NCBI GenBank assembly: GCA_964456065.1
Contig: CAYVYW010000007.1
Span: forward strand, 14,042 to 78,041
Direction: 5' to 3'
Origin: an uncultured Geobacteraceae bacterium
Lineage (GTDB): Bacteria; Desulfobacterota; Desulfuromonadia; Geobacterales; Pseudopelobacteraceae
DNA: 64,000 nt
The translations under genes and the position numbers were made by a program. Of the stretch, positions 29,176 to 39,414 are shown one piece after another. Below the pieces are notes generated by a model, which made no database searches, had not been told where the DNA came from, and was given only the letters and a program-made list of their open reading frames with translations. Numbering within the stretch: position 1 is the first letter of the stretch; each line of letters begins with the position of its first letter.

Positions 29176-30735
29176 ATGGCAAAAATAACACGGGCGCTGA
29201 TAAGTGTGTCCGACAAGACAGGTGTTGTTGCATTTTCCAAGGCTCTGGCTGGCTACGGGGTTGAGCTGCTTTCTACGGGTGGCACTGCAAAGCTGCTCCG
29301 TGAAGCTGGGCTGACGGTGAAAGATGTTTCTGAGTTCACCGGGTTCCCCGAGATGTTAGATGGGCGGGTAAAAACACTGCATCCAAAGGTTCACGGCGGC
29401 TTATTGGGTATTCGCTCCAATCCTGACCATCAGGCAAAAATGCGTGAGCATGGTATTGAACCAATCGACATGGTTGTTGTCAACCTCTACCCCTTTGAAG
29501 CAACGGTTGCCCATGCCGGCTGTACCATGGAAGAAGCCATTGAGAATATCGATATCGGTGGTCCCACCATGTTGCGCTCGGCAGCAAAAAATAATCGTGA
29601 TGTCACGGTGTTGGTTGATGCTGGCGACTATCAGAGGGTACTTGATGAGATGGCTGCCAATGCCGGTTCCGTCAGCGAGCAGACGAATTTCGGTTTGGCG
29701 GTTAAGGTGTATCAGCATACGGCAGCGTATGACGGTGCAATTTCCAACTGGCTGGGTGCCCGCCTTACGGGGCAGGCAGTTGAGTATCCTGAGACCTTTA
29801 CACTGCAGGTGAAAAAAGCCCAGGATTTGCGTTATGGTGAGAATCCGCATCAATCGGCAGCTTTTTATGTCGAGCGCACCATTAGTGAGCCATGTGTTTC
29901 CAATGCCATTCAATTACAAGGCAAAGAACTCTCCTTTAATAACATTATCGATCTTGATGCAGCCATCGAGACCGTTAAGGAATTCACCGGTAAACCAGCA
30001 GCCGTTATTATCAAGCACACCAACCCCTGCGGTGTTGCCTTGGGTGATTCACCTCTTTCCTCCTATCTTAAGGCCCGTGAGTGTGATCCTGTCTCTGCTT
30101 TTGGTGGCATTGTTGGCTTCAACTGTACCGTTGATGCTGAGGCTGCCCGTGAGTTGACATCGACATTTCTTGAAGCGGTTATTGCTCCGGGCTATGACGA
30201 TGAGGCTTTGGCTATTTTTACGGCGAAGAAAAACGTCCGGGTTATGCAGGTCCCCTTACTGGATACCTATACCGCGAGTGGTTTTGATCTCAAGCGGGTA
30301 ACTGGTGGTTTATTGTTGCAAGGCCGTGATTTAGGGATGGTGAGTGCTGCAGACTGCCGTGTGGTTACAAGCCGGCAGCCGACAGCAGAAGAACTGGCAG
30401 GTCTGGATTTCGCCTGGCGTGTTTGTAAGCATGTCAAGTCCAATGCTATTGTTTTCACCTCTGCTGACCAGACGGTCGGTATTGGTGCCGGCCAGATGTC
30501 ACGGGTCGATTCCTCAAAGATTGCCGTGCAAAAAGCACTTCTGCCCATTTCGGGGACCGTGCTTGCCTCCGATGCCTTCTTCCCCTTCCGTGATGGTGTA
30601 GATGCCGCTGCAGAAGCCGGTGTAACCGCCATTATTCAGCCAGGTGGTAGTGTGCGCGATGAGGAGGTTATTCAGGCGGCTAATGAACATGGTATTGCCA
30701 TGATCTTCACGTCGATGCGTCATTTCCGCCACTAG
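29176..30735 (+). CDS. purH: Bifunctional AICAR transformylase / IMP cyclohydrolase
   Basis: [13 protein letters not shown]...LLSTGGTAK...[13 protein letters not shown]... and a full-length 519 aa. Confidence 0.95.
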   Translation: MAKITRALISVSDKTGVVAFSKALAGYGVELLSTGGTAKLLREAGLTVKDVSEFTGFPEMLDGRVKTLHPKVHGGLLGIRSNPDHQAKMREHGIEPIDMVVVNLYPFEATVAHAGCTMEEAIENIDIGGPTMLRSAAKNNRDVTVLVDAGDYQRVLDEMAANAGSVSEQTNFGLAVKVYQHTAAYDGAISNWLGARLTGQAVEYPETFTLQVKKAQDLRYGENPHQSAAFYVERTISEPCVSNAIQLQGKELSFNNIIDLDAAIETVKEFTGKPAAVIIKHTNPCGVALGDSPLSSYLKARECDPVSAFGGIVGFNCTVDAEAARELTSTFLEAVIAPGYDDEALAIFTAKKNVRVMQVPLLDTYTASGFDLKRVTGGLLLQGRDLGMVSAADCRVVTSRQPTAEELAGLDFAWRVCKHVKSNAIVFTSADQTVGIGAGQMSRVDSSKIAVQKALLPISGTVLASDAFFPFRDGVDAAAEAGVTAIIQPGGSVRDEEVIQAANEHGIAMIFTSMRHFRH

Positions 30736-30770
30736 ACTTCACAATAAACAAGGGATGCAAGGAGTGTGAC

Positions 30771-32042
30771 ATGAAGGTTTTGGTTGTGGGAAGTGGTGGA
30801 CGTGAGCATGCGCTCGTATGGAAAATTGCCCAGTCACCGCTGGTGACGGCGGTATACTGTGCGCCTGGTAATCCGGGAACCGCTGAGTTGGCTACTAATG
30901 TGCCGATTCAGGTAGATCAGATAGATAAACTGCTGGCTTTCGCCCGTAATGAGCAGATTGACCTTACGGTAGTTGGCCCTGAACTCCCGTTGTCATTAGG
31001 GATTGTTGACCTTTTTCAAGAGTATGGGCTGACGGTGTTTGGTCCCAGCCGGGCTGCTGCCAGGATTGAAGCCAGTAAGGCTTTCTCAAAAGATCTGATG
31101 CATGCCTATAATATTCCGACCGCAGCCTATGGCGTTTTCACCGAAGTGGCTCCGGCGGAGGCCTTTATCAAGAAGACCGGGGCTCCGATTGTTGTCAAGG
31201 CTGATGGTCTGGCCGCTGGCAAGGGCGTTATTATTGCCCAAACAATTGATGAAGCATGTGCAGCTGTTCAGGATATGCTCGGGGGCAATGCTTTTGGTGA
31301 TGCCGGTTCTCGGGTTGTTATAGAAGAGTTCCTTGAGGGTGAGGAAGCCTCTTTTTTAGCTATTACCGATGGCAAAACGATTATTCCCCTCGCCTCAGCA
31401 CAGGATCACAAACCTATTTTCGACGGTGATTTAGGCCCCAACACCGGCGGTATGGGAGCATATTCACCGGCGCCCGTTGTTACTCCCGACGTTCACCAGC
31501 GTGCCATGGAACAGGTTTTACGGCGAGCCGTCGATGGTATGGCTGCTGAAGGGTGTCCTTACAGTGGTATCCTGTATGCCGGGCTGATGATTAAAAATGG
31601 CGAGGTCAAAACCCTTGAGTTTAATGCCCGTTTTGGTGATCCTGAATGTCAACCGCTTCTCATGCGCATGAAGTCAGACCTGGTACCACTACTGCTGGCC
31701 GTTGCTCAGGGGAATCTGTCAGGTCATACCATTGAGTGGTATGATGCGGCGACCATCTGTGTTGTGATGGCCGCAGAAGGCTATCCCGGTGATTATCCTA
31801 AAGGTGATGCCATAGAGGGGATAAGTGCGGCCGAAGATGTTGGTGACGTAACGGTTTTCCATGCCGGCACCGCAATGCATGATGGTGTTTTGGTAACAAA
31901 TGGGGGGCGTGTCCTTGGGGTTACGGCCCGGGGAGCAACCGTGGCAGCTGCTATTGAGCGTGTTTATAAGGCTGTGGGATGTGTCCGCTGGCGTGGTGTT
32001 CAGTTCAGAAGCGATATTGGGAAAAAAGCGCTTGGACGCTGA
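30771..32042 (+). CDS. purD: Phosphoribosylamine-glycine ligase
   Basis: MKVLVVGSGGREHALVWK...APGNPG...VVKADGLAAGKGV...LEFNARFGDPE. Confidence 0.95.
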   Translation: MKVLVVGSGGREHALVWKIAQSPLVTAVYCAPGNPGTAELATNVPIQVDQIDKLLAFARNEQIDLTVVGPELPLSLGIVDLFQEYGLTVFGPSRAAARIEASKAFSKDLMHAYNIPTAAYGVFTEVAPAEAFIKKTGAPIVVKADGLAAGKGVIIAQTIDEACAAVQDMLGGNAFGDAGSRVVIEEFLEGEEASFLAITDGKTIIPLASAQDHKPIFDGDLGPNTGGMGAYSPAPVVTPDVHQRAMEQVLRRAVDGMAAEGCPYSGILYAGLMIKNGEVKTLEFNARFGDPECQPLLMRMKSDLVPLLLAVAQGNLSGHTIEWYDAATICVVMAAEGYPGDYPKGDAIEGISAAEDVGDVTVFHAGTAMHDGVLVTNGGRVLGVTARGATVAAAIERVYKAVGCVRWRGVQFRSDIGKKALGR

Positions 32043-32142
32043 GAAAGCAATACAGGTAAGGCTTTGCTTGACTTTTCAAGGTTATAGTGCGATATAGTCG
32101 TACCTGATTTTGGTTCACTATTTTACAAAGGGGGATGTACAG

Positions 32143-32415
32143 ATGAAAAAGACTATGCTTGCTCTGATTGCTCTGGTGGCTTTTGCTGGCTCAGCATTCG
32201 CTGTTGAGGCAACGTACACCTATCCAGGTGGTTCGTTCGGTAAGGTTGCTTTCCCGCACCAAAAGCACATGAAGCTTGGTTGCGCGAAGTGCCATGAAGG
32301 CGCTCCGAAGAAAGTTGCCATCAACAAGGACGTGGCCCACAACCAGCTTTGCGTTAAGTGCCATAAGGCCATGGGCCAAGGCCCAACCGGTTGTAAAGAT
32401 TGCCACAAGAAGTAA
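32143..32415 (+). CDS. Periplasmic triheme cytochrome c7 (PpcA family)
   Basis: Signal peptide MKKTMLALIALVAFAGSAFA, then a roughly 70-aa mature protein with three CxxCH motifs (CAKCH, CVKCH, CKDCH). The layout resembles Desulfuromonas/Geobacter c7. Start at ATG 32143, preceded by AAGGGGGA. Confidence 0.88.
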   Translation: MKKTMLALIALVAFAGSAFAVEATYTYPGGSFGKVAFPHQKHMKLGCAKCHEGAPKKVAINKDVAHNQLCVKCHKAMGQGPTGCKDCHKK

Positions 32416-32443
32416 TGCTTCTTGACGGCCAGCTACACAATGA

Positions 32444-32473
32444 GAGGGGCGTCCATCGCCCCTCTTTTTTTTT
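32444..32473 (+). terminator. Rho-independent terminator after the c7 gene
   Basis: GAGGGGCG-TCCAT-CGCCCCTC followed by a run of nine T. Confidence 0.8.
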
Positions 32474-32647
32474 ATGTAGAAGTGTGGTAATAGTAATAAT
32501 TCCTAATTAATGGTTTTGACTTAAGTCATATCTGGGGCTTTTAAGTCCAAAAAACACTATTCATTTTACGGAGCATGGGGTATAGATAATCTATACTGTT
32601 TTAGTAGTGAATAAAGGGGCCATGCACCCTGTTGCAGGAGTTGAGCC

Positions 32648-34006
32648 GTGAGTAATCAAGAAAGTCCCCTGCAGAAAATCAATACGTTTTTCTGCTCTCT
32701 TAAGCTGACATTAACCCTTCTGATTACGCTTGCTGTTACATCTATCATCGGAACTATTATCCCCCAGTTTCCGAATATTGATGAACGTTATTGGGCCACC
32801 ATTAGCGAAACAAAGCGTATGCTGTATGAAAAAATGGGCTTCTTTGACATGTATCACTCCTGGTGGTACATGGCCTTACTGCTTCTTTTTAGTATCAACC
32901 TGATTGCCTGCTCCATAAAGCGTCTTCCCCATATTATTAAATTTGTCACCGAACCGATGACAACGCTCTCCGATGCGCAAAAGAAGTCGTTTCCTGGCCA
33001 AGATCTTACCATCATAGGCAGTACTGAGCAGGTTGTGGAGCAGTTGAGTGCAAAGTTAGGGAAACGCTACGGTACACCGGTTGTAACCCGCCAAGGTGAT
33101 GAAACCCATATTTTCGTCCAGAAAAATGCTTGGGCCCGTCTTGGGGTGTATGTAGTGCACTTCAGCATTTTAGTTATTATGCTTGGCGCCATTGTTGGGA
33201 CACTCTTCGGCTTTAAGGCTTTTGCGGCCATTGTCGAAGGGGAGACCATTAATTCTGTTAAAGCACGCAGTGGCAAGGATATACCCCTTGGCTTTGAGAT
33301 TACCTGTGATCAATTCTCAGTCTCATTCTATGAGGCTCCTGGCGGTCAAGGGCCAAGCCAGATGCCAAAGGAGTTTAAGAGTATTCTGACCTTGCGAAAA
33401 AACGGGCAGGAAATTCCTGGTTACAAGCATGTTCGCGTGGTTGTCAATGATCCGCTGTCCTATGATGGTATTACGTTCTATCAGTCAAGCTATGGCCAGG
33501 CTAATGATCCTAGTATGTTTTTCTTCTCGGTTAAGGGACGTAATGGCGGCCAGGCTGAAAGGATCGCACTCCGTCCTGGCGCAGAAACGAAACTTCCCGA
33601 TGGACGTTTTGCCGCCATCGTTGATTTGACGGAAAATCCTGGGGAAGGTATGGCTGCAACACTTGGTGTCAGAAAAGCCGGTGGTCAGCCAGAATTTTTC
33701 AAAGTATTTAAAAATGATCCTGAGCGTGACTCCTTGCGGGGAGATGCTTTGATTTTTAGCTTTATTGGCTCAGATGCCAAAATGTATACCGGTTTACAGG
33801 TTAATAAAGATCCTGGGGCCTGGATTGTCTGGCTGGGGTGCTTCCTGATGTGTACCGGCCTGTGTGTTGCGTTTTTTATGTCCCATAAGCGGGTTTGGGC
33901 GGTTGTTCGTCCTGACTCCGTTCGCGTCTTCGGGAATGCTAGTAAAAATCAACCGGCATTCAATCTGGAGTTTGAAGCGCTCGTCAACGAGCTTTCAGCG
34001 TCTTAG
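32648..34006 (+). CDS. resB: Cytochrome c biogenesis protein ResB/CcsB (System II)
   Basis: N-terminal FFCSLKLTLTLLITLAVTSIIGTIIPQ, a large soluble loop and a C-terminal TM. It lies directly upstream of ccsA. GTG start preceded by AGGAG. Confidence 0.85.
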   Translation: MSNQESPLQKINTFFCSLKLTLTLLITLAVTSIIGTIIPQFPNIDERYWATISETKRMLYEKMGFFDMYHSWWYMALLLLFSINLIACSIKRLPHIIKFVTEPMTTLSDAQKKSFPGQDLTIIGSTEQVVEQLSAKLGKRYGTPVVTRQGDETHIFVQKNAWARLGVYVVHFSILVIMLGAIVGTLFGFKAFAAIVEGETINSVKARSGKDIPLGFEITCDQFSVSFYEAPGGQGPSQMPKEFKSILTLRKNGQEIPGYKHVRVVVNDPLSYDGITFYQSSYGQANDPSMFFFSVKGRNGGQAERIALRPGAETKLPDGRFAAIVDLTENPGEGMAATLGVRKAGGQPEFFKVFKNDPERDSLRGDALIFSFIGSDAKMYTGLQVNKDPGAWIVWLGCFLMCTGLCVAFFMSHKRVWAVVRPDSVRVFGNASKNQPAFNLEFEALVNELSAS

Positions 34007-34023
34007 AGGAGGAAGAGGTAATC

Positions 34024-34875
34024 ATGTTGAGTGCAAAGCTCTTTAACGCCACAACTATTTTCTACATGCTGTCCATGCTGGCCTTTTTTGGCTATTTGGC
34101 AGGTCGTAATCAAAAAGTCGGCTTGACAGGGTCCGCGCTGGCCTGGGCCGGTTTCGTTCTCCATTCTGCAGCGACACTACTGCGTTGGAAAGAATCATAT
34201 GACATGGGGGTTGGTCATGCACCACTTTCCAATCTCTATGAATCGGTCGTTTTCTTCGCCTGGAGTACGGTCTTGATCTTTGGCATCATTGACGCCAAGT
34301 ATAAGTATCGTGTTATCGGGGCTTTTGTTATGCCTTTTGCGCTTCTTTCCATGGCTTGGGCGCAGCTCTATCTGCCAAGTGATATTAATCCGTTGATGCC
34401 AGCTTTGCAGAGTAACTGGCTTCTGTATCACGTTCTGACCTGCTTCCTTGGTTATGCTGCCTTTGCGGTGGCGTGCGCCGTCTCGATTATGTATTTGATT
34501 AAGGCAAAAAGCGAAGAAGCTTCCAGTTCGTCAACGGGAGGTCTTCTGGCGCTCTTCCCTCCCACCAAAGTCCTGGATGACTTAAACTATAAAGCCATCA
34601 TGGTCGGTTTTCCGCTTTTGACCCTTGGTATCATCACCGGTGCAGCCTGGGCCAGCTATGCGTGGGGCACCTATTGGAGTTGGGACCCGAAAGAGACCTG
34701 GTCTCTGATTGTCTGGTTCATCTATGCAGCCTTCCTGCATGCCCGGTTCACCAAGGGCTGGGTCGGTAAGCGGGCAGCCTGGCTTTCCATTATCGGCTTT
34801 GCCGCCACGATTTTCTGTTACCTTGGTGTTAACCTTTTACTTTCAGGTCTCCATAGCTACGGCAACCTGAATTAA
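34024..34875 (+). CDS. ccsA: Cytochrome c-type biogenesis protein CcsA/ResC
   Basis: Polytopic membrane protein with the WWD motif region AWASYAWGTYWSWDPKETWSLIVW and conserved His residues. Confidence 0.9.
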   Translation: MLSAKLFNATTIFYMLSMLAFFGYLAGRNQKVGLTGSALAWAGFVLHSAATLLRWKESYDMGVGHAPLSNLYESVVFFAWSTVLIFGIIDAKYKYRVIGAFVMPFALLSMAWAQLYLPSDINPLMPALQSNWLLYHVLTCFLGYAAFAVACAVSIMYLIKAKSEEASSSSTGGLLALFPPTKVLDDLNYKAIMVGFPLLTLGIITGAAWASYAWGTYWSWDPKETWSLIVWFIYAAFLHARFTKGWVGKRAAWLSIIGFAATIFCYLGVNLLLSGLHSYGNLN

Positions 34876-34892
34876 GCGTAACCATCACGTAT

Positions 34893-34922
34893 GACAAAGA
34901 CCGGGCTAGCCCGGTCTTTGTC
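34893..34922 (+). other. Perfect 13-bp stem hairpin (GACAAAGACCGGG-CTAG-CCCGGTCTTTGTC) between ccsA and the glycosyltransferase cluster
   Basis: Seen directly in the sequence. There is no following U-tract, so it is not a canonical intrinsic terminator. It lies 13 nt upstream of the next ATG. Confidence 0.7.
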
Positions 34923-34934
34923 TGTCTGGATACC

Positions 34935-35882
34935 ATGCCTCGTTTTTCTGTCATCATACCAATTAAGCCCGGCTTTGTGCCGCTTGCTTTACAGCGTTTT
35001 AGCCGCGGAAACTGGCCAACCGAAGGTGTTGAACTGTTGGTTGCGAAAGGGTGCGCCCCCAGTTCCCAGCGAAACCTGGCCGCTCAAATGGCCCAGGGAT
35101 CGATACTGTATTTTATTGATGATGACTCCCTTGTTCCAGAGGATAGGCTGACGCGCCTTGCTGAACTGATGGAAGACCCCACCATCGTAGCCGTTGGTGG
35201 TCCTTCACTAACGCCTGAGAGCGATAGTCTTTTACAGCGAACCATCGGGGTGTTATTGGGGTCACGTATTGGTGCTGGTGCGGTACGGGCACGGTACTGT
35301 TCGTGTGGTGTGCTACGCGACAGTTCAGAGCAGGAACTTATTTTATGCAACCTGGCCATTCGTCGTGATGCTTTTCTAGCCTTGGGGGGGCTGCATGAAG
35401 CGCTCTACCCCAATGAAGAAAATGAGCTTCTGGACCGTCTTGCCTCGCTCGGGCGTCTGGTACATGATCCTGATCTGGTTGTGTATCGGAGTCAGCGAGA
35501 ATCTCTTGCTGCTTTCATCCGACAGATGTTTCGATATGGGCGTGGACGCGGTCAGCAGACGCGTCTGACGGGACGTATTCCCCTTGTATCTCTGGCACCT
35601 GTTTTTTTGTGGTTGTATCTGTTTTTGCTGATTTTGTTTCCTTCCTTGCTTCTAGCCTTACCGTTTATTGTCTATGTCGCCATCTGTCTGGTGACCGGTA
35701 TGCAAGCGGTTCGGCAGACCGGTGATCTGCGTAGTGCCCTGTTGCTCCCTCCCCTTGTCCTACTTATGCACCTCAGTAATGGTATTGGTCTCATCTCAGG
35801 CTTGTTGGGCGGTGCCCGCCCTGTTGACCCTCAGGCAGCTCGCGAGGTTGCCGTTACACGCTATGCAGGGGATGAGCTCTAA
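34935..35882 (+). CDS. Glycosyltransferase family 2 with C-terminal TM segments
   Basis: FSVIIPIKP..., YFIDDDS (DxD) and ...CNLAIRRDAF..., with a hydrophobic C-terminus (LAPVFLWLYLFLLILFPSLLLALPFIVYVAI). Confidence 0.8.
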   Translation: MPRFSVIIPIKPGFVPLALQRFSRGNWPTEGVELLVAKGCAPSSQRNLAAQMAQGSILYFIDDDSLVPEDRLTRLAELMEDPTIVAVGGPSLTPESDSLLQRTIGVLLGSRIGAGAVRARYCSCGVLRDSSEQELILCNLAIRRDAFLALGGLHEALYPNEENELLDRLASLGRLVHDPDLVVYRSQRESLAAFIRQMFRYGRGRGQQTRLTGRIPLVSLAPVFLWLYLFLLILFPSLLLALPFIVYVAICLVTGMQAVRQTGDLRSALLLPPLVLLMHLSNGIGLISGLLGGARPVDPQAAREVAVTRYAGDEL

Positions 35883-35970
35883 AAACCTCCTGTTTCATCG
35901 ACTAATCATGGAGTTTAACGTGCGATTACGCTATACTGATACGTTCGTATCGTCGCGCCCGGAGAGAACC

Positions 35971-36927
35971 ATGGACGTCAGTATCGTCATTCCTATCTAT
36001 AACGAGGAGGAGAATATTCCCCTCATGTATGAAGCAGTCACCACGGCCATGATCGACAGCGGCCTCGATTATGAGGTTATCTGTGTCGATGACGGGTCCT
36101 GTGATGCCTCATTTGCGCGCCTAGAGAGCTGTGCCCTTGAGAATAAGCGCTGGCGCATCATACGTTTCCGTAGAAATTTCGGTCAGACTGCAGCTATGGC
36201 AGCCGGTTTTGACGCAGCCCGTGGTGAGGTTATCGTCCCTATGGATGGAGACCTGCAAAATGATCCCGGAGATATTCCGCTTCTTTTGACAACAATGAAC
36301 GAAGGGTATGATGTCGTTTCCGGCTGGCGTAAAGATCGGCAGGATGCTTTCGTGAATCGAACCCTCCCGTCACGTATTGCCAATGCACTTATTTCAAAAA
36401 TGACGGGCGTCCACCTCCATGATTATGGCTGTACTCTCAAGGCATATCGCCGAGAGGTGCTACTTGGTATCGGTCTGTATGGCGAGATGCACCGTTTCGT
36501 GCCGGCTCTTGCCTCTCGGGTCGGTGCACGGGTTACCGAGGTCCCGGTCAGACACCATCCGCGCCGCTTCGGTACCAGTAAATATGGTATTTCACGGACG
36601 GTGCGTGTCGTACTAGACCTCATAACCGTCCGCTTTCTCCTGTCTTATGCCACGAAGCCGATCCAGCTTTTTGGTAAGTGGGGAATTTATGCGCTGATGC
36701 TTTCCTTGCTCAGTGGGGGAGCAACGCTCTACATGAAAATTTTTGCTGGGACCAGCATGAATCGTAACCCGCTCCTGCTGCTGACGGCATTTCTCGCTTT
36801 TATGGGTATCCAGTTTATAGCACTTGGCCTCCTGGGTGAGCTGAACGCTCGAACGTACCATGAATCGCAGGGTAAGCCGATTTATGTTATTCGTGAGCAG
36901 CGCAATAAGCCGGATGACGGCGACTAA
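35971..36927 (+). CDS. Polyprenol-phosphate glycosyltransferase (GtrB/CsbB/ArnC/DPM1-like GT2)
   Basis: VSIVIPIYNEEENI..., VICVDDGSCD, RNFGQTAAMAAGF, VPMDGDLQNDP, and two C-terminal TM helices. Start at ATG 35971, preceded by GGAGAG. The track's longer ORF overlaps the upstream gene. Confidence 0.85.
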   Translation: MDVSIVIPIYNEEENIPLMYEAVTTAMIDSGLDYEVICVDDGSCDASFARLESCALENKRWRIIRFRRNFGQTAAMAAGFDAARGEVIVPMDGDLQNDPGDIPLLLTTMNEGYDVVSGWRKDRQDAFVNRTLPSRIANALISKMTGVHLHDYGCTLKAYRREVLLGIGLYGEMHRFVPALASRVGARVTEVPVRHHPRRFGTSKYGISRTVRVVLDLITVRFLLSYATKPIQLFGKWGIYALMLSLLSGGATLYMKIFAGTSMNRNPLLLLTAFLAFMGIQFIALGLLGELNARTYHESQGKPIYVIREQRNKPDDGD

Positions 36928-38092
36928 ATCTTATACGGTCTTGATGCTCGCGCCGACGCCGTATTTCTCGGATCGGGGCTGCCATGTCCGCATTTATGAG
37001 GAGGCTAGAGAACTCATAAAGGCTGGCCATCAGGTTGTAGTGGTGAGTTATCCGCTAGGGAGATCTCTAGAACCGGTGCCGGTGGAACGGAGTGTGCCTG
37101 TCCCGTGGTATACCAAGCGAGAGGCCGGGCCCTCATGGCATAAGCCATACCTTGACGTCTTGTTGCTCATTAAGGCTTGGGGCGTTGCCCGACGATTGAA
37201 ACCTGATATAATACATGCCCATCTCCACGAAGGTGCTTTGATTGGCTGGGTGCTTTCCCGCTGTAGCGGGGTACCCCTCGTCTTCGATTATCAGGGCAGT
37301 CTGAGTGGCGAGTCGTTAAACCATGGCTTCTATCGGCCTGGGTCTGTCTTGCACCGGGGATTTCGTGCGCTTGAACGATTGATAAACCGCTTGGCGGACT
37401 TGGTGGTGACCAGTTCGAGTAACGGGGTCGTTGAAGTTCAGAGCAGTTCGCCACAAATACCGGTCTACGCCTTACCTGATGGTGTCGATACGCAGACGTT
37501 CTCCCCGCAGGAGCGGGGTAGTATTCGTCAAGAACTCGGCCTGGCTCCAGACTTGCCTACGGTGGTTTTTATCGGCCTGTTGAACCAGTACCAAGGGGTT
37601 GATTTTCTGCTTGATGTGCTGGTGGATCTTTTACAAAGCCGACCTCCATTTCAGGTACTTATTATGGGGTTTCCAGAAGCTCCGTATCGCGAACTGGTGC
37701 GGCAGCGCGGGCTTAGCGACATGATTCATGTTACTGGGCGGGTTTCCTATGCTGATGTTCCGCGTTATTTAGCAGCCGGTGATGTCGCTGTGGCCCCGAA
37801 ACTTACGACAACGGAGGCAAACGGGAAGGTCTTGAATTACATGGCCTGCGGCCTGCCGGTCGTGGCTTTTGACACCGAGGTTAACCGAGAGCTCCTCGGA
37901 GATGATGGTATATACGTACCCCTTGGTAATCGGGCAGCTTTTGGGCAAGCCATCGCTTCGTTATTGGCCAATCTGCCACAAGCTGCTGCCCATGGTAATC
38001 GCCTGCGGGAGCGGGCTGTGCGCACACTCAGTTGGCATGCCAGGATAGCAACCCTGGTGGGATATTATGAGCGCCTGGTGAAAGTGAAATGA
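36914..38092 (+). CDS. Glycosyltransferase family 4 (GT-B, Glycos_transf_1)
   Basis: YTVLMLAPTPYFSDRGCHVRIYE... at the N-terminus, and a C-terminal GKVLNYMACGLPVVAFDTEVNRELLGD (EX7E-like region). The start overlaps the upstream stop. Confidence 0.8.
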   Translation: MTATKSYTVLMLAPTPYFSDRGCHVRIYEEARELIKAGHQVVVVSYPLGRSLEPVPVERSVPVPWYTKREAGPSWHKPYLDVLLLIKAWGVARRLKPDIIHAHLHEGALIGWVLSRCSGVPLVFDYQGSLSGESLNHGFYRPGSVLHRGFRALERLINRLADLVVTSSSNGVVEVQSSSPQIPVYALPDGVDTQTFSPQERGSIRQELGLAPDLPTVVFIGLLNQYQGVDFLLDVLVDLLQSRPPFQVLIMGFPEAPYRELVRQRGLSDMIHVTGRVSYADVPRYLAAGDVAVAPKLTTTEANGKVLNYMACGLPVVAFDTEVNRELLGDDGIYVPLGNRAAFGQAIASLLANLPQAAAHGNRLRERAVRTLSWHARIATLVGYYERLVKVK

Positions 38093-39414
38093 TACAGGCT
38101 GATGCGATACGGGAATATCTGACACGTCATGGTACAGAGCTTGGGTGGATACTCTTGGGACATGCTGCTGCTTTCATCGGTGGCATTGCGGGCGTTAAAA
38201 TCCTTACCGTAACCCTTGGGCCCGGCGGTTATGGTTCCTTTGCACTTGGTTTAAGTATTGCCGGACTCTTGACCAGTTTCGTCCATAATCCCGTTTCCAA
38301 TGCAGTTGCTCGCTATCTGGCTGTCTATCGTGAGCGGGGGCAGACGAAGCTTTATCTCGAGACCATGCTGACGCTACAGGGGCGTCTGGCCCTCTTTTCT
38401 TTTGTCGTACTCGGCCTGGCTCTCCTCCTGGGTACGGTCGCACTTGGGGGATCTTGGGGAATCCTGCTTGCTGCTGGCATCGCCTATGGTGCAGCAAATG
38501 GTGCTGGGGTAATTTTTCTTGCCTGGCAGAACGCTGCCCGTGACCGTCGTCGTGCAACCCTGGCTCAAATAGCCGATGTCTGGCTTCGGATCAGTATTGC
38601 GATTATGCTTATTCGTGCCGTTAATGACAGCAGGCTGGCCGTCGTAGGTTATGCCGTCGGCTCGTTGCTCGTGGCACTTTGGCAATGGTATAAAGCGCGT
38701 TGCAGCAGTGCTATCATCTCGGAAGCACTGGCTGGCCCAGAATGCCGCAAGCAAAGCCACCGGGAGTTTCTGCGATTTTCCTTACCGTTTTGTGGTTACG
38801 CTGTTTTTACGGTAGTGAGCTTGTATGGCGATCGCTGGATTCTGCAAGAGTTCTCTGGCCTCGCGGCAGTCGGTATTTATGCTGCGCTGTATCAGTTAGC
38901 CGCCTCACCGGTTAATATCCTGTTTGCCATTGTAAATCAGCTGATGATACCCCTTGTGTATGAACGGGCTGGTGGCAGTGCGGCGAATCTGCTTGCCCCG
39001 GCTGCCCGTCGTATGATTCGTGGGACGGTACTGGTGGTCACGATATTGCTGATGGTAGGTTCATTCCTTTTGTATCCTCTGGCTGATTGGTTGGTTGGGA
39101 TATGTACTTCAGCGCTGTTTGTACCTTCCGCGAGCCTGCTTGTGGTGTTGTTTTGGGGACTTGGACTTTTTCAGCTGGCACAGCTTCTTACGCTGTATGG
39201 GAATTGTGCTGGCCGCCCCGGCATCTACGTGTCAGCTAAAGTGGTGCATGCCGCTACGCTGGCATTACTTGGCTGTGCCTGGGTACCACATTGGGGGGCA
39301 TTTGGTATGGGGTGGGCACTTGTGGCTTCATCGGCCTCGTATCTTGTGGTTGTTGTGCTGCTGAATATGCGTTTTTTTAGTAATAAAGGAGAGGCTGATG
39401 TACAGCATGGATGA
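38089..39414 (+). CDS. MOP/Wzx-type oligosaccharide flippase
   Basis: 441 aa with about 12 hydrophobic helices, positioned inside a glycosyltransferase operon. ATGA overlap with the upstream gene. Confidence 0.65.
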   Translation: MIQADAIREYLTRHGTELGWILLGHAAAFIGGIAGVKILTVTLGPGGYGSFALGLSIAGLLTSFVHNPVSNAVARYLAVYRERGQTKLYLETMLTLQGRLALFSFVVLGLALLLGTVALGGSWGILLAAGIAYGAANGAGVIFLAWQNAARDRRRATLAQIADVWLRISIAIMLIRAVNDSRLAVVGYAVGSLLVALWQWYKARCSSAIISEALAGPECRKQSHREFLRFSLPFCGYAVFTVVSLYGDRWILQEFSGLAAVGIYAALYQLAASPVNILFAIVNQLMIPLVYERAGGSAANLLAPAARRMIRGTVLVVTILLMVGSFLLYPLADWLVGICTSALFVPSASLLVVLFWGLGLFQLAQLLTLYGNCAGRPGIYVSAKVVHAATLALLGCAWVPHWGAFGMGWALVASSASYLVVVVLLNMRFFSNKGEADVQHG

